A stretch of 64,000 bases of DNA from Macrostomum lignano (lineage: Eukaryota). The notes beneath the pieces are model-generated. The model did no database searches. It saw only the letters and a program-made list of their open reading frames with translations, and was not told where the DNA came from. Every line of letters begins with the position of its first letter. Position 1 is the first letter of the stretch. Positions 13,201 to 24,500 of the stretch are shown here, piece by piece. Location of the stretch: positions 224,313 to 288,312 of the forward strand of contig NIVC01001199.1 of assembly GCA_002269645.1 (NCBI GenBank). The letters run 5' to 3'. The position numbers were made by a program, and so were the translations under genes.

Positions 13201-14128
13201 ACTGGGAGAACGGTCAAGGAGCCGAGATCAACGGGGTTAGTGATATGCCAATTACATTGGAGACTTGCCTGCGACAGCTTGTCTATGGCCCAATTTGATC
13301 CTCTGACACAGGCTGTCTGTGGCCCAATCCGATCCCCGACACCGGTTTTCTATGGGCCAATCCGATTCCTCGACATCGGTTGTCTATGGCCTAATCTGAT
13401 CCCCTGACTCAGGTTGTCTATGGCCCAATCCGATCCCCGACAGCGGTTGTCTATGGCCCAATATGATCCGTCTATGGCCCAATCTGATCCTCTGACTCAG
13501 GTTATCTATGGCCCAATCCGATCCCCGACACCGGTTTTGTATGGCCCAATCTGATTCCTCGACACCGGTTGTCTATGATCCAATCCGATCTTGACACCGG
13601 TTGTCTATGGCCCAATCCGATCCCCGACAGCGGTTGTCTATGACCCAATCCGATCTTGACACCGGTTGTTAATGGCCCACTCCCTGCAGCAGTTACTATA
13701 ATCTCAAACTGCAGGGTCGCAGTCGAGTCTGGAGCAGCCTCGAAGAGACTAACTGTTCGTACAACCGAGCAGTCTCAATCGCCCTAGATCGCATAGTAAC
13801 CGAGGGCGGCAACTCCAGCCGTCACGAGGTGATCCTGGCAACGCAGAATTCGAACAGCATCAGCCTGTGCTTGGACGGCATGCGTAGGCGTTGCATATCG
13901 CCAGAAAGCGGCGCTGTGTCGTTCGGTCAACTGTACGGCATGGCAGACTACATCTCGGTTCCGCTAGCCCAGTCTGGTTTCCAGGTGTACAAGTCCATTC
14001 CGTACGGCAGCGTGGACGAAACTCTGCTGTATTTGGTGCGCAGGGCCAACGAGAACAAGCTCATATTCGATGGGGTGCGGGAGGAGAAATCTGTGCTGAG
14101 AGCCGCGCTGCGGGCTGGTCGGGCTTAG
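10215..14128 (+). CDS. PRODH2: Hydroxyproline/proline dehydrogenase, PRODH2-like; join(10215..10850,12639..13235,13715..14128), 548 aa
   Basis: Three phase-0 GT-AG junctions give one frame. Motifs GQFVGG..RPMIAVPMEE (PRODH2-type RPLLAVPTEE), MQLKLTSL, LIDAEY, FNTYQCYL, KIVRGAYL, FGQLYGM, VYKSIPYG, YLVRRANEN. Arg/Leu-rich N-terminus resembles a mitochondrial presequence. Confidence 0.9.
10860..11633. repeat. G-rich minisatellite, 18-bp unit (GGGAGTGAGGTGGGTGTC), at the 5' end of PRODH2 intron 1
   Basis: Direct periodicity; starts ~9 nt after the donor at 10851. Confidence 0.95.
12185..12540. repeat. Minisatellite, 20-bp unit (CACAGACACAACATTACACT), in degenerate CACA-rich flanks at the 3' end of PRODH2 intron 1
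   Basis: Period 20 visible in lines 12301-12420. Confidence 0.93.
13278..13680. repeat. Degenerate ~34-bp minisatellite (GTTGTCTATGGCCCAATCCGATCCCCGACACCG-like) filling PRODH2 intron 2
   Basis: GTCTATGGCCC core recurs at ~34-bp spacing. Confidence 0.88.
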
Positions 14129-14174
14129 GTGGGTGGGTGACGACTTCACAGGCGTTGATGCCGAGTTTAGGGTA

Positions 14175-14729
14175 GATGAGTTCAGGGGAGATGAGTTCAG
14201 GGGAGATGAGTTCAGGGAGATGAGTTCAGGGAAGCTGAGTTCAGGGGAACTGATTTCAGGGAGATGAGTTCAGGGGAGATGAGTTCAGGGGAGATGAGTT
14301 CAGGGGAGATGAGTTCAGGGGAGATGAGTTCAGGGAAGCTGAGTTCAGGGGAGATGAGTTCAGGTGAGATGAGTTCAGGTGAGATGAGTTCAGGTGAGAT
14401 GAGTTCAGGGGAGATGAGTTCAGGGGAGATGAGTTCAGGGGAGATGAGTTCAGGGGAGCTGAGTTCAGGGGAGATGAGTTCAGGGAGATGAGTTCAGGGG
14501 AACTGAGTTCCGGGAGATGAGTTCAGGTGAGATGAGTTCAGGGGAGATGAGTTCAGGGGAACTGAGTTCAGGGAGATGAGTTCAGGGGAGATGAGTTCAG
14601 GGGAGATGAGTTCAGGGGAGATGAGTTCAGGGGAGATGAGTTCAGGGGGATGAGTTCAAAAGAGATGAGTTCAGGGGAGATGAGTTCAGGGGAGATGAGT
14701 TCAAAAGAGATGAGTTCAGGGGAAATGAG
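14175..14729. repeat. Minisatellite, 15-bp unit (GAGTTCAGGGGAGAT), just downstream of the PRODH2 stop
   Basis: Direct periodicity; source of the (MSSGE)n ORF. Confidence 0.95.
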
Positions 14730-15127
14730 CTTTATGTTAAAAAACGGGTTTGATAAAAAAGAACCACAAGAGTTATATAGTAATTACAAGTAAACAATAT
14801 GATTTGGCAACTCACAGGTTGATTCAATATGTGTGCAAAATTAACTAATGGCGCCTTCACTTGTATTTTATTCGACATTATTGCACAGAAATGTAAAATT
14901 GGACACCAAAAATTTCTTAACTAAAAAGCTTGTTAAACATTTTAAAACTTTTCTTTGATTACATAAATAGCTTTTGATCGTTGCTTTCTTGCGTCAAGCT
15001 TTTACTGTCACAATTTTATGCTCGGCGTCCCAATAAAATCCTAAATATATTACTCAAAGACTACCTTTCTCGATTATTAATTACTTTCATACTCATACTT
15101 TCTCCTACGACAAGCCTATCAGCTAAG

Positions 15128-15627
15128 CTTCTGACCAGCTTGACCCACTCAGACCCTGACCAGCTTGACCCACTCAGACCCTGACCAGCTTGACCCACTC
15201 AGACCCTGACCAGCTTGACTCACTCACACCCTGACCAGCTTGACCCACTCACATCCTGATCAGCTTTACCCACTCAGCTCAGCTCCTGACCAGCTTGACT
15301 CACTCAGCTCCTGACCAGCTCGACTCACTCACACACTGACCAGCTTGACCCACTCACACCCTGACCAGCTTGACCCACTCACACTCTGACCAGCTTGACC
15401 CTCTCAGACCCTGACCAGCTTCACCCACTCAGACCCTGACCAGCTTGACCCACTCAGCCCCTGACCAGCTTGAACCACTCAGACCCTGACCAGCTTGACC
15501 CCTCAGACCCTGACCAGCTTAACCCACTCAGCCCCTGACCAGCTTGACCCACTCAGCTCCTGACCAGCTTGACCCACTAAGACCCTGACCAGCTTGACCC
15601 ACTCAGACCCTGACCAGCTTGACCCAG
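15128..15627. repeat. Minisatellite, ~25-bp unit (CACTCAGACCCTGACCAGCTTGACC), whose terminal unit is the last codons and stop of lectin copy 1
   Basis: Reverse complement reads TGG GTC AAG CTG GTC AGG GTC TGA and then repeats. Confidence 0.93.
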
Positions 15628-16367
15628 TCCGGGCTGCTCTCGATTTCCGGGTCGACCGGAGCGTCAGCGAACTGCAGCAGGCGGCAGGCGGCCAGCCGGC
15701 TGTTGTACAGAGCGCTGCGGCACCTGCTGCCACACAGGGAGGCTCTGACCAGGCAGGCATGCAGCGAGGCCACTGGCTGCAGCTCATCGTAGCAGCAGTA
15801 CGTGTCGCTTCGGGTTCTCGTGAACTCAGCCGGAGTCCAGTAGCCAGCCGACTTGGTGGCGGCAGGCGGCTTCATAAACTGGCAGACGAAGCCAAGTGAA
15901 TCGTTGCAGGTCCTGTCTCCGAGCCGAGTCTGGCCGCTAGGGTATAAAAACCGGAGGCAGTGCGCTCCAGGGCTTCCATTTGGCTCCGTCGGGTGCCACA
16001 GTGAATCGTCTATTGGAAAACTGCCGCCACCGCTGACCCTCTGCCAGCCGGACCTGTTGGTGTTGGCCTCGGACGCCAGGTCGTTGAGTCCAGTCCACAT
16101 GTCAGTTGAGTAGCCGAGAGTCTGCAGGTTCACAGAAGCCAAGGCAGCGATGGACTCAGGCGAGTTGATGAGCTCGCCGCCCAGCTCAGAGCACACTCGG
16201 TTGGCGGAGCACCAGCTGTAGCTCTGGTTGGGCTGGATGAAGAGGCACAGCTGGGCGGCCGAGTACAGCTGGAACGGGGCCGGACAGGGGACGGTCTCGG
16301 ACTGTCCGAGGCTGACACACAGCAGCAGAGCCGCTGCCAGAGCAGAGCAGCCGACATGAAGCTTCAT
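15603..16367 (-). CDS. Secreted C-type lectin domain + C-terminal PAN/apple-like domain protein, copy 1 (254 aa, single exon)
   Basis: Signal peptide MKLHVGCSALAAALLLCVSLG; CTLD motifs SW..A...C...GGEL, WTGLND, W...EPN, C, DRTC, FVCQ; C-terminal SLHACL...C..RCRS..YN.....CRL Cys pattern resembling PAN/apple. The ORF-track extension to 16643 is treated as non-coding. Confidence 0.85.
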   Translation of the reverse strand: MKLHVGCSALAAALLLCVSLGQSETVPCPAPFQLYSAAQLCLFIQPNQSYSWCSANRVCSELGGELINSPESIAALASVNLQTLGYSTDMWTGLNDLASEANTNRSGWQRVSGGGSFPIDDSLWHPTEPNGSPGAHCLRFLYPSGQTRLGDRTCNDSLGFVCQFMKPPAATKSAGYWTPAEFTRTRSDTYCCYDELQPVASLHACLVRASLCGSRCRSALYNSRLAACRLLQFADAPVDPEIESSPDWVKLVRV

Positions 16368-16443
16368 TTTGCCTGAAAATATTTTTCTGTGAAATGAAAG
16401 CTTTTGGTTGCTGTACGGCGGGTTTTTTAGCTGCTGCTGACTG

Positions 16444-16457
16444 GTTCCCATGGCAAC
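16444..16457. promoter_or_regulatory. RFX X-box (GTTCCCATGGCAAC) 77 bp upstream of the lectin copy 1 ATG
   Basis: Matches the X-box consensus GTHNYY-AT-RRNAAC; an equivalent box lies upstream of copy 2. Confidence 0.55.
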
Positions 16458-17015
16458 CAGCCTCCTCATCAAACTTATGACGCCAACTGTATTATCCGCT
16501 TGCGTGCTGGTAGGGCAGGAGTCGGCAGCCTCTCCGCTAACAAGGAAGATTCTCAGAATTTTTCTCTTGCAGTTTCGCCAGCAATGGCAAACGGGCCTCC
16601 ACCATTGCTGAGGGACTTCCTCTTCCGAGAAATTTCCAGTCACTTTTTTCTTGCAGCTTCAAATAATTAATGAGAAATTGGTGAAGCTTTATGACTTGAT
16701 AGAACCTGCTGCCTCATACCTGTAGTTTGCTAATTGGCTCAGCCTCAATTCCAACCAACCATCTGGCGCAGGGCCCATTGTGCAGGTTCCCGCGGCTGCT
16801 TCTCGAGAAATCTAGCAAATTCCAGCCATAAATCTTCATCATTCAAGAAGCAGTTGCACCAGAAATAATGGGGCACTTCATTGCTTTAAGTCTTTTTAGT
16901 GACTCGAGTAGTCAGGAAAATATTTCCCAGCTGGGAATGTAAGAAAAGCTTCTTTGGCAACCGCAAACCGATTTGGCAACCGATAATAGAAAGCAACCGC
17001 AGTCTACTGGTATTA

Positions 17016-18190
17016 TCAGTTCTCAACATAATTTCCATCTAAATCGGGTCACTTTTGCAGGCGCTGGAACCATGCGTCGAAGCACCCCTGAAATCAGCTT
17101 TGATGAAGCTGTCCAGCTCAGCTTGCAGCGCAACAACCAGCTCCTCCCTCGAGTCGAAGCACTCCCCTTCAGACTTTTCTTCATCCTGGGAAAGAGGAAA
17201 AAGTCAGCAGGCGCCAGGTCCGGTGAATATGCCCAGACTGATGACCCAGACTGATGACCCAGACTGATGACCCAGACTGATGACCCAGACTGATGACTCA
17301 GACTGATGACCCAGACTGATGACCCAGACTGATGACTCAGACTGATGACCCAGACTGATGACCCAGACTGATGACCCAGACTGATGACCCAGACTGATGA
17401 CTCAGACTGATGACTCGGACTGATGACCCAGACTGATGACCCAGACTGATGACCCAGACTGATGACTCGGACTGATGACCCAGACTGATGACCCAGACTG
17501 ATGACCCAGACTGATGACTCAGACTGAAGACCCAGACTGATGACCCAGACTGATGACCCAGACTGATGACCCAGACTGATGACTCGGACTGATGACCCAG
17601 ACTGATGACCCAGACTGATGACCCAGACTGATGACCCAGACTGATGACTCAGACTGATGACCCAGACTGATGACCCAGACTGATGACCCAGACTGATGAC
17701 TCAGACTGAAGACCCAGACTGATGACCCAGACTGATGACCCAGACTGATGACTCAGACTGATGACCCAGACTGATGACCCAGACTGATGACTCAGACTGA
17801 TGACCCAGACTGATGACTCAGACTGATGACCCAGACTGATGACTCAGACTGATGACCCAGACTGATGACTCAGACTGATGACCCAGATTGATGACCCAGA
17901 CTGATGACTCAGACTGATGACCCAGACTGATGACTCAGACTGATGACCCAGACTGATGACCCAGACTGATGACTCAGACGGTCTGTCGGCAACGCGAGCT
18001 CCTGTCTGATTGAAGGCACTGAGACAGGCCATGAGAGCGGACGGGCACTGCCGAGTGCTCAAAAGCCAAGCGATGTCGCTGCACATACTTGGGCATCGAT
18101 AGCAGGCATGGTTTCAGTACGGCTGACCGGGAAGATGCAGCGCTGCGATGAGGATGCCGCAGCAGCCTCATTTGTTGGACTTTTATTTGC
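17016..18190 (-). pseudogene. Degenerate mariner (Tc1/mariner, D,D34D) transposase, C-terminal half, interrupted by a 13-bp array
   Basis: Minus strand 17235->17016 reads AYSPDLAPADFFLFPRMKKSLKG /frameshift/ ECFDSREEL...ADFRG /frameshift/ FDAWFQRLQK*PDLDGNYVEN*. Upstream of the array a degenerate WLL.H(D)SARP (HDNARPH-like) motif is present. The upstream boundary is uncertain. Confidence 0.82.
17233..17978. repeat. Minisatellite, 13-bp unit (CAGACTGATGACC/T), ~57 copies
   Basis: Direct periodicity. Confidence 0.97.
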
Positions 18191-18275
18191 TGGCCTCGAG
18201 CCTAAAAGATCGCGTCAGCAGCTGCATGGAACCGAAAAGCGCGAGAACCCAAAGTGGCCAAGGAGCTCGGATACA

Positions 18276-18626
18276 GCCATGGGTGCCATTAACCTGCATG
18301 CACCCTCAGCAGCCATGGGTGCCATTAACCTGCATGCACCCTCAGCAGCCATGGGTGCCATTAACCTGCATGCACCCTCAGCAGCCATGGGTGCCACTAA
18401 CCTGCATGCACCCTCAGCAGCCATGGGTGCCATTAACCTGCATGCACCCTCAGCAGCCATGGGTGCCATTAACCTGCATGCACCCTCAGCAGCCATGGGT
18501 GCCACTAACCTGCATGCACCCTCAGCAGCCATGGGTGCCACTAACCTGCATGCACCCTCAGCAGCCATGGGTGCCATTAACCTGCATGCACCCTCAGCAG
18601 CCATGGGTGCCATTAACCTGCATGTA
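18276..18626. repeat. Minisatellite, 33-bp unit (GCCATGGGTGCCATTAACCTGCATGCACCCTCA-GCA type), ~10 copies
   Basis: Direct periodicity; source of the (MGAINLHAPSA)n ORF. Confidence 0.95.
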
Positions 18627-19015
18627 TTCTCCCCCGGCAGCAGTCCTAAGGCTCTGCGTTTGAACACTCAAAGTGCATGCATGTAATGGATCGACTCAGC
18701 TGAAAAAGTGCAAGCATTTGTTATATTTAGCATTGCCAAAGGCATTAAATGTTCGTAAAATTGACAAGAGTTAACAAGCATTTACGAGTTAAATTACATA
18801 ATCGTAAAACTTCTTTTCTACTTTCAAAATAAAGGAAAAGGCCATGAAGCTCTAAAACAAAAAACAAAAGATAAAGACATGATGTATCACAATAGAAGCA
18901 GCAAAGAGACCCAGCTATGTCAGAAGGACTACGAAATGAAGACTTACTACTGATATACGATTGTAAATGTATGAATCCGATTGCTTCAGAAAGTTTTTGT
19001 TTGTGTTGGTTACTT

Positions 19016-19391
19016 GACCCAGCTTCTGACCAGCTTGACCGACTCAGCTCCTGACCAGCTTGACCCACTCAGCTCCTGACCAGCTTGAACCACTCACACC
19101 TGACCAGCTTGACCCACTCAGCTCCTGACCAGCTTGAACCACTCACACCTGACCAGCTTGACCCACTCAGCTCCTGACCAGCTTGAACCACTCAGCTCCT
19201 GACCAGCTTGAACCACTCAGTCCCTGACCAGCTTGACCCACTCAGCTCCTGACCAGCTTGACCCACTCAGAGCCTGACCAGCTTGACCCACTCAGCCCCT
19301 GACCAGCTTGACCCACTCAGCTCCTGACCAGCTTGACCCACTTACACCCTGACCAGCTTGACCCACTCACACCCTGACCAGCTTGACCCAG
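19016..19391. repeat. Minisatellite, 24-25-bp unit (CACTCAGCTCCTGACCAGCTTGACC), same family as 15128-15627, abutting the lectin copy 2 stop
   Basis: Direct periodicity and shared unit. Confidence 0.93.
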
Positions 19392-20170
19392 TCCGGGCTG
19401 CTCTCGATTTCCGGGTCGACCGGAGCGTCGGCGAACTGCAGCAGGCGGCAGGCGGCCAGCCGGCTGTTGTACAGAGCGCTGCGGCACCTGCTGCCACACA
19501 GGGAGGCTCTGACCAGGCAGGCCTGCAGCGAGGCCACTGGCTGCAGCTCATCGTAGCAGCAGTACGTGTCGCTCCGGGTTCTCGTGAACTCAGCCGGAGT
19601 CCAGTAGCCAGCCGACTTGGTGGCGGCAGGCGGCTCCACAAACTGGCAGACGAAGCCGAGCAAAATGTGGCAGTACCTGTCGCTCAGTCTTAGAGAATCG
19701 CCCACAGGTAATATCCGAATGCAATCCTCTTTGAAGTTGCCGCTCGGCTCTCCGTGGTACCACAGCGAATCTTCTTTAGGCAGGACGCCGCCGTCGTTGA
19801 CCCTCTGCCAGCCAGACAGATTTGTGCCGGCCTCAGCCGCCAGGTCGCTCAGCCCGATCCACCAAGACCCGTTGAAGTTGCCATCAGTCAGGTTCCAAGA
19901 TTTCACAAGAGCCAGGGACTCAGGCGAGTTGATGAGCTCTCCGCCCAGCTCAGCGCACCTTCGGTTGGCGGAGCACCAGCTGTAGCTCTGGTTGGACTCG
20001 ACAAACAGACACAGCTGGGTGGCGGTGCGCAGGCGCTTGAACGGAGCCGGGCAGGAGACCGTCGTTCGGGACTGCGCTGGGCAGACAGTCAGCAGCAGCA
20101 TAGCAGCGGACACGAGCTCAGTGGCTAGGAGCTTCATCACTCTTAGCAGTGCCAGAATTAACAGCAGCAT
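19367..20170 (-). CDS. Secreted C-type lectin domain + PAN/apple-like domain protein, copy 2 (267 aa; by homology the start may be the Met at 20137, MKLL)
   Basis: Same architecture as copy 1: signal peptide, SYSWCSANRRCAELGGEL, WWIGLSD, WYHGEPS, DC, DRYC, FVCQF. C-terminal domain is nearly identical to copy 1. Confidence 0.87.
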   Translation of the reverse strand: MLLLILALLRVMKLLATELVSAAMLLLTVCPAQSRTTVSCPAPFKRLRTATQLCLFVESNQSYSWCSANRRCAELGGELINSPESLALVKSWNLTDGNFNGSWWIGLSDLAAEAGTNLSGWQRVNDGGVLPKEDSLWYHGEPSGNFKEDCIRILPVGDSLRLSDRYCHILLGFVCQFVEPPAATKSAGYWTPAEFTRTRSDTYCCYDELQPVASLQACLVRASLCGSRCRSALYNSRLAACRLLQFADAPVDPEIESSPDWVKLVRV

Positions 20171-20226
20171 GATCGTCTAAGCTAGCATCACAGAGCTAAA
20201 TGCAGAGCAGGTTTGTTGCTGCAGCC

Positions 20227-20240
20227 GTTGCCATGGTTAC
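20227..20240. promoter_or_regulatory. RFX X-box (GTTGCCATGGTTAC) 57-90 bp upstream of the lectin copy 2 start
   Basis: Near-palindromic X-box; the reverse strand reads GTAACCATGGCAAC. Confidence 0.6.
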
Positions 20241-21518
20241 AAATGGACTAGTATTTGCTGAGCTGTTCTGGAAGATCAATTTCAGAGTCGATCTGTGTAA
20301 GCAGGATGGATTTACAAAAGTATTGAACCTGTTTACCTTTAATTAACCACGCCATCTAATGCGTCATGCAGCAGGTGTAGCCCTCGGTCCATGTAAATAT
20401 CATTTAACAGTGGGCTAAGCCTAAGTAAATAAAAATGTGCGAAAAATGAACCAAGTAAAATGTATAACATTGATCTAGCAGTCAATAAAACAGGCCTGCA
20501 GGTGCATGGCCAAGTAGTTTCTCGTAACTTATCGCCCCTCGATGGATGTTGTTTGAGTCACGTGAATCATTTATTGTGTGAACTAAAGCGTGCAAACTGC
20601 AGGAGACATTAACAGTGCCAGCCAGTGTCAGTATATTACAGTAGATAGACACACCACAACAGTTTTTACTACTTAAAGTAGAAATCCTTGCGTAATCGTA
20701 GTTTCAAGAGTCAGTTAACATTTTGTTAAAATTCTCAACATCTTGAAAACTTCACTTCCTCCATGAAGTCATAAATAAAAAATCAATTGACTCATTTTTT
20801 ACAAAGCTTTCAATTGTATGGATTTTCAACTGTGCTTGAATGATTCAAGTAAGGTATTTTTTATTCAATTTATAATTTATACGCAATTGCTTTGTGTTCT
20901 CTTTCTGTCATCAAAAAGAAATTCGACGCTTGCATAAGCAAACTCTGAATAAACTGAAACAAAACATGAAAAAATATACCAAGATTCTAATATTAATAAC
21001 TTTTTGCTTTGAATAATAGAGTGGTTTAGTGACAAAGCGAAATGACAAATGACAAGAATACTTTTCATCAATACGTAGATATATATAAATGATACATATT
21101 TTGACATTCATTAATGCCAACAGGGACTACAGCAGAGACGAAGCTTTAGTGTTCAAAATCTGGATAAAACAGTGCCAATTTAGCTTTACTCTGGTTTTTA
21201 ATGAAAATTTCAAATTTGCCTCGTTTTTACCTACTTAAAGTAGTCATACAGGGCTAAATTGTATGTTGAATATACGAGTTGAATAATTTAACATTTGCAA
21301 TCACAACGGGGATAATTAATGTATAAACACAGAAATAAATAAATTAACAAAACTGTACTCAAATATGTAGTTTCTAAATTGGATCCACTGGAACTTACAA
21401 GCAGCAACGAACGTAATAATATTTGAATAATGGAAATGATGAATTTTTCAAATTGCGTGTTTTTTTGTTAAAATTATCCAGATCGCGTCATTGACTAAAG
21501 GCCAGCACGCCAGCGCTC

Positions 21519-24500
21519 TCACAGTGGCTGTTTCTCTTCATAGGCTGGCGGCGGAGCAGAAGGCGTGGCGGCAGCCTGGTGCGGAGCTGCTCCCGAGTAA
21601 TAGGCGCTCTGCGGGGGGGGGCAGGGATTAAGTGCGTCGCCTTGATAATGAAGACAGGACCAGCTGATGAGGACTTGATAATGAAGACAGGATCAGCTGA
21701 TGAGGACTTGATAATGAAGACAGGATCAGCTGATGAGGACTTGATAATGAAGACAGGATCAGCTGATGAGGACTTGATAATGAAGACAGGATCAGCTGAT
21801 GAGGACTTGATAATGAAGACAGGACCAGCTGATGAGGACTTGATAATGAAGACAGGATCAGCTGATGAGGACTTGATAATGAAGACAGGATCAGCTGATG
21901 AGGACTTGATAATGAAGACAGGATCAGCTGATGAGGACTTGATAATGAAGACAGGACCAGCTGATGAGGACTTGATAATGAAGACAGGATCAGCTGATGA
22001 GGACTTGATAATGAAGACACATGACCAGCTGATGAGGACTTGATAATGAAGACACATGACCAGCTGATGAGGACTTGATAATGAAGGCAGGACAAGGAAC
22101 AACTCATTAAGAACTAAATTAAAGGTAAAAATGACAACTTGGGACAAAACCAACCTGAACAGGCGGATAGCTCTGCTGCTGCGGCGGATACGGCGGCTGC
22201 TGCTGCTGCTGCTGCGGACCCGGATATGGCGGCGGCGGAGCGGCTCCAGGATAGGGCGGCGGAGCCGGCGTCATGTACACATAATTAGGCGGCGGAGGGC
22301 CGAAAGCGTCGTGGCATGGCACAAAGCCGTAGTTGGGGCCTTCGGCAGCGTATTGGGCAGGCGGAGGGCAGTACAGCTGGGTGGGATCGTAGGCCGAGTA
22401 AGGCGGCGGAGCCTGCAAAATATAGTGTGAAGTTGCGCCATGGAGCATACTGTATTTAGTTGGCTATTAGACTTTTGGGCTTAAATAGGACGGAATTGTC
22501 ACAGGAACCTTCGTTTCCTAGCAACTATTTTGAGTCTATTTATTTGGGAGCAAAAGCCATTTTCGGTATTTTTGGCATTTTTAATGAAAAGTTCTTTACT
22601 CCGTTTTGCGTGTGTGGGGGGTGGAGGGAAGGGGCGTAGCCCAGTGGTCTAGCGCGGCGCTCTGGTGTGCCAGCGGCCCAGACTCGATTCCAAGTGCAGT
22701 CGCATTAATTTGGGGCTAATTTGGAATCTCGGCTTGGATCTGCTCGTGCAATTAACGCCCTTGAGGGCCAACCCCCAAGGCACAGTGAAGAGTACGTTCT
22801 CAGGGGGAGTCGGTGGAATGGACAGTAATGCCTCTCGCCGGTTATGCGACAAGCCCCCTCAAGGTGCACACAGCCCCCTGCCTCTAATAAACAACACTCC
22901 GTTGTGTATTTTTCCTAGGAAAAACTAGCTCCTCAAAATGGTTTCTAATAATCAAAAAGTGACCCATCAGACTGTGTGAGGTTGTACCTGATCAGGGTCA
23001 GTCAATCAGCATCTATCAGTCAAAGCTCCCCCCAGTCGGTCTCAATAACCGCTAAGCTGTTCTCACCTGAAAGCCGTGCCTATTAGCATTGGCTCGCCGG
23101 CCAGCCTCAAGCAGGCACTGGGCGAATTCAATAGCGCCGCCTTTGTTAAAAGTGACGCTGAAATGCGCCATGCCAGTGAAACCGCCGTCAGGCTCTGGCG
23201 TTGCCTTGCCTTCAATCCGGTTGGCGCCGAATATTGGCTGCTTAACCTCCACCTGCTTCATGTTGAGCAGCGGCATTGACATTGAGTGCACTTGGCCAGA
23301 CTTGCACAGGCAGATGGTCTGCAAGTTGGATGACATAAGACAATTAATGAGCACTGAACTCAAATTCATCAGCTATGGTGACTGTTAATGCGTACCCTGT
23401 GCGATGTTAGAAACACGGAGCCTTTGCTAGTAGTCGAAAGCTGAGGCTGATTGTCAAACTTGAGTTGAACTTCGCATCCATCGTAGAAGATGAGCAGCCT
23501 AAAAGTTTATTGCAAGTTTAGCCAATATTTAACATCACATGGAGAATTGATATGGTTAGAGGAAAAGTAGAGATTGTATAATAGCATAATTATCTTGGAT
23601 GGCTACTACAAGTTCTAATATCTAATTTACATTGAAATTTAATTAATTTCTTACACATAACCATTCAGATAGATTCAATGGTTTAATCTATCATTCAGAT
23701 AGATTCAATGGTTTAACCTATCATTCAGATAGATTCAATGGTTTAACCTATCATTCAGATAGATTCAATGGTTTAACCTATCATTCAGATAGATTCAATG
23801 GTTTAACCTATCATTCAGATAGATTCAATGGTTTAACCTATCATTCAGATAGATTCAATGGCTTAACCTATCATTCTGATAGATTCAATGGTTTAACCTA
23901 TCATTCAGATAGATTCAATGGTTTAACCCTAAGAATTTTAAAATTCTCGACACAAAAGCTTTGAAACTAGAAATTTACGCATTCATTTTTTATTACTTTA
24001 CTTACGATGAAACCAAATGCTCAATCGGTCTTTTAGCTTGTTATTAGGGCTACTTTTACTAGATATAAAGTTTTAGAAATATTGTTTTTAATGCTTTTTA
24101 TTTTGTTGACTAAATAAGAAAATATCACAAAAAACATTTTTGAAAGTCTGAATTGACAAATATGCATTTTTTACCTTTTTGAAAAAAAGAATTAATTTTA
24201 AGCCTTATAGGCCTCAAAGAAGGCTAATTTTTATTATTGTCAAAACAGAAAGTATTCTATGTTTTACTTTTTTATTCAAAAAGATGAAAGATTTGTAAAC
24301 ATTTCTAACTTTTTTGAAAAATGCTTTTTCAATTCTTATAGGAATTAATTTAAATGTGTTATCTAGCATCCAAATTAGGTGCTTTAAAGAAGCTTATAAA
24401 ACAATCAAATACCATTATATTATAATTAAATATGTATCATTGTGGCATATATATAGGAAAAAAGAGATATCTCAATTGATGTGGATTGTGGTAGAAGCTA

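Noticed and set aside
15603-16643. 346-aa version of lectin copy 1
   Set aside because: The 92 residues upstream of MKLH start at a non-ATG codon, precede a clear signal peptide, have no counterpart in copy 2 and contain the X-box.
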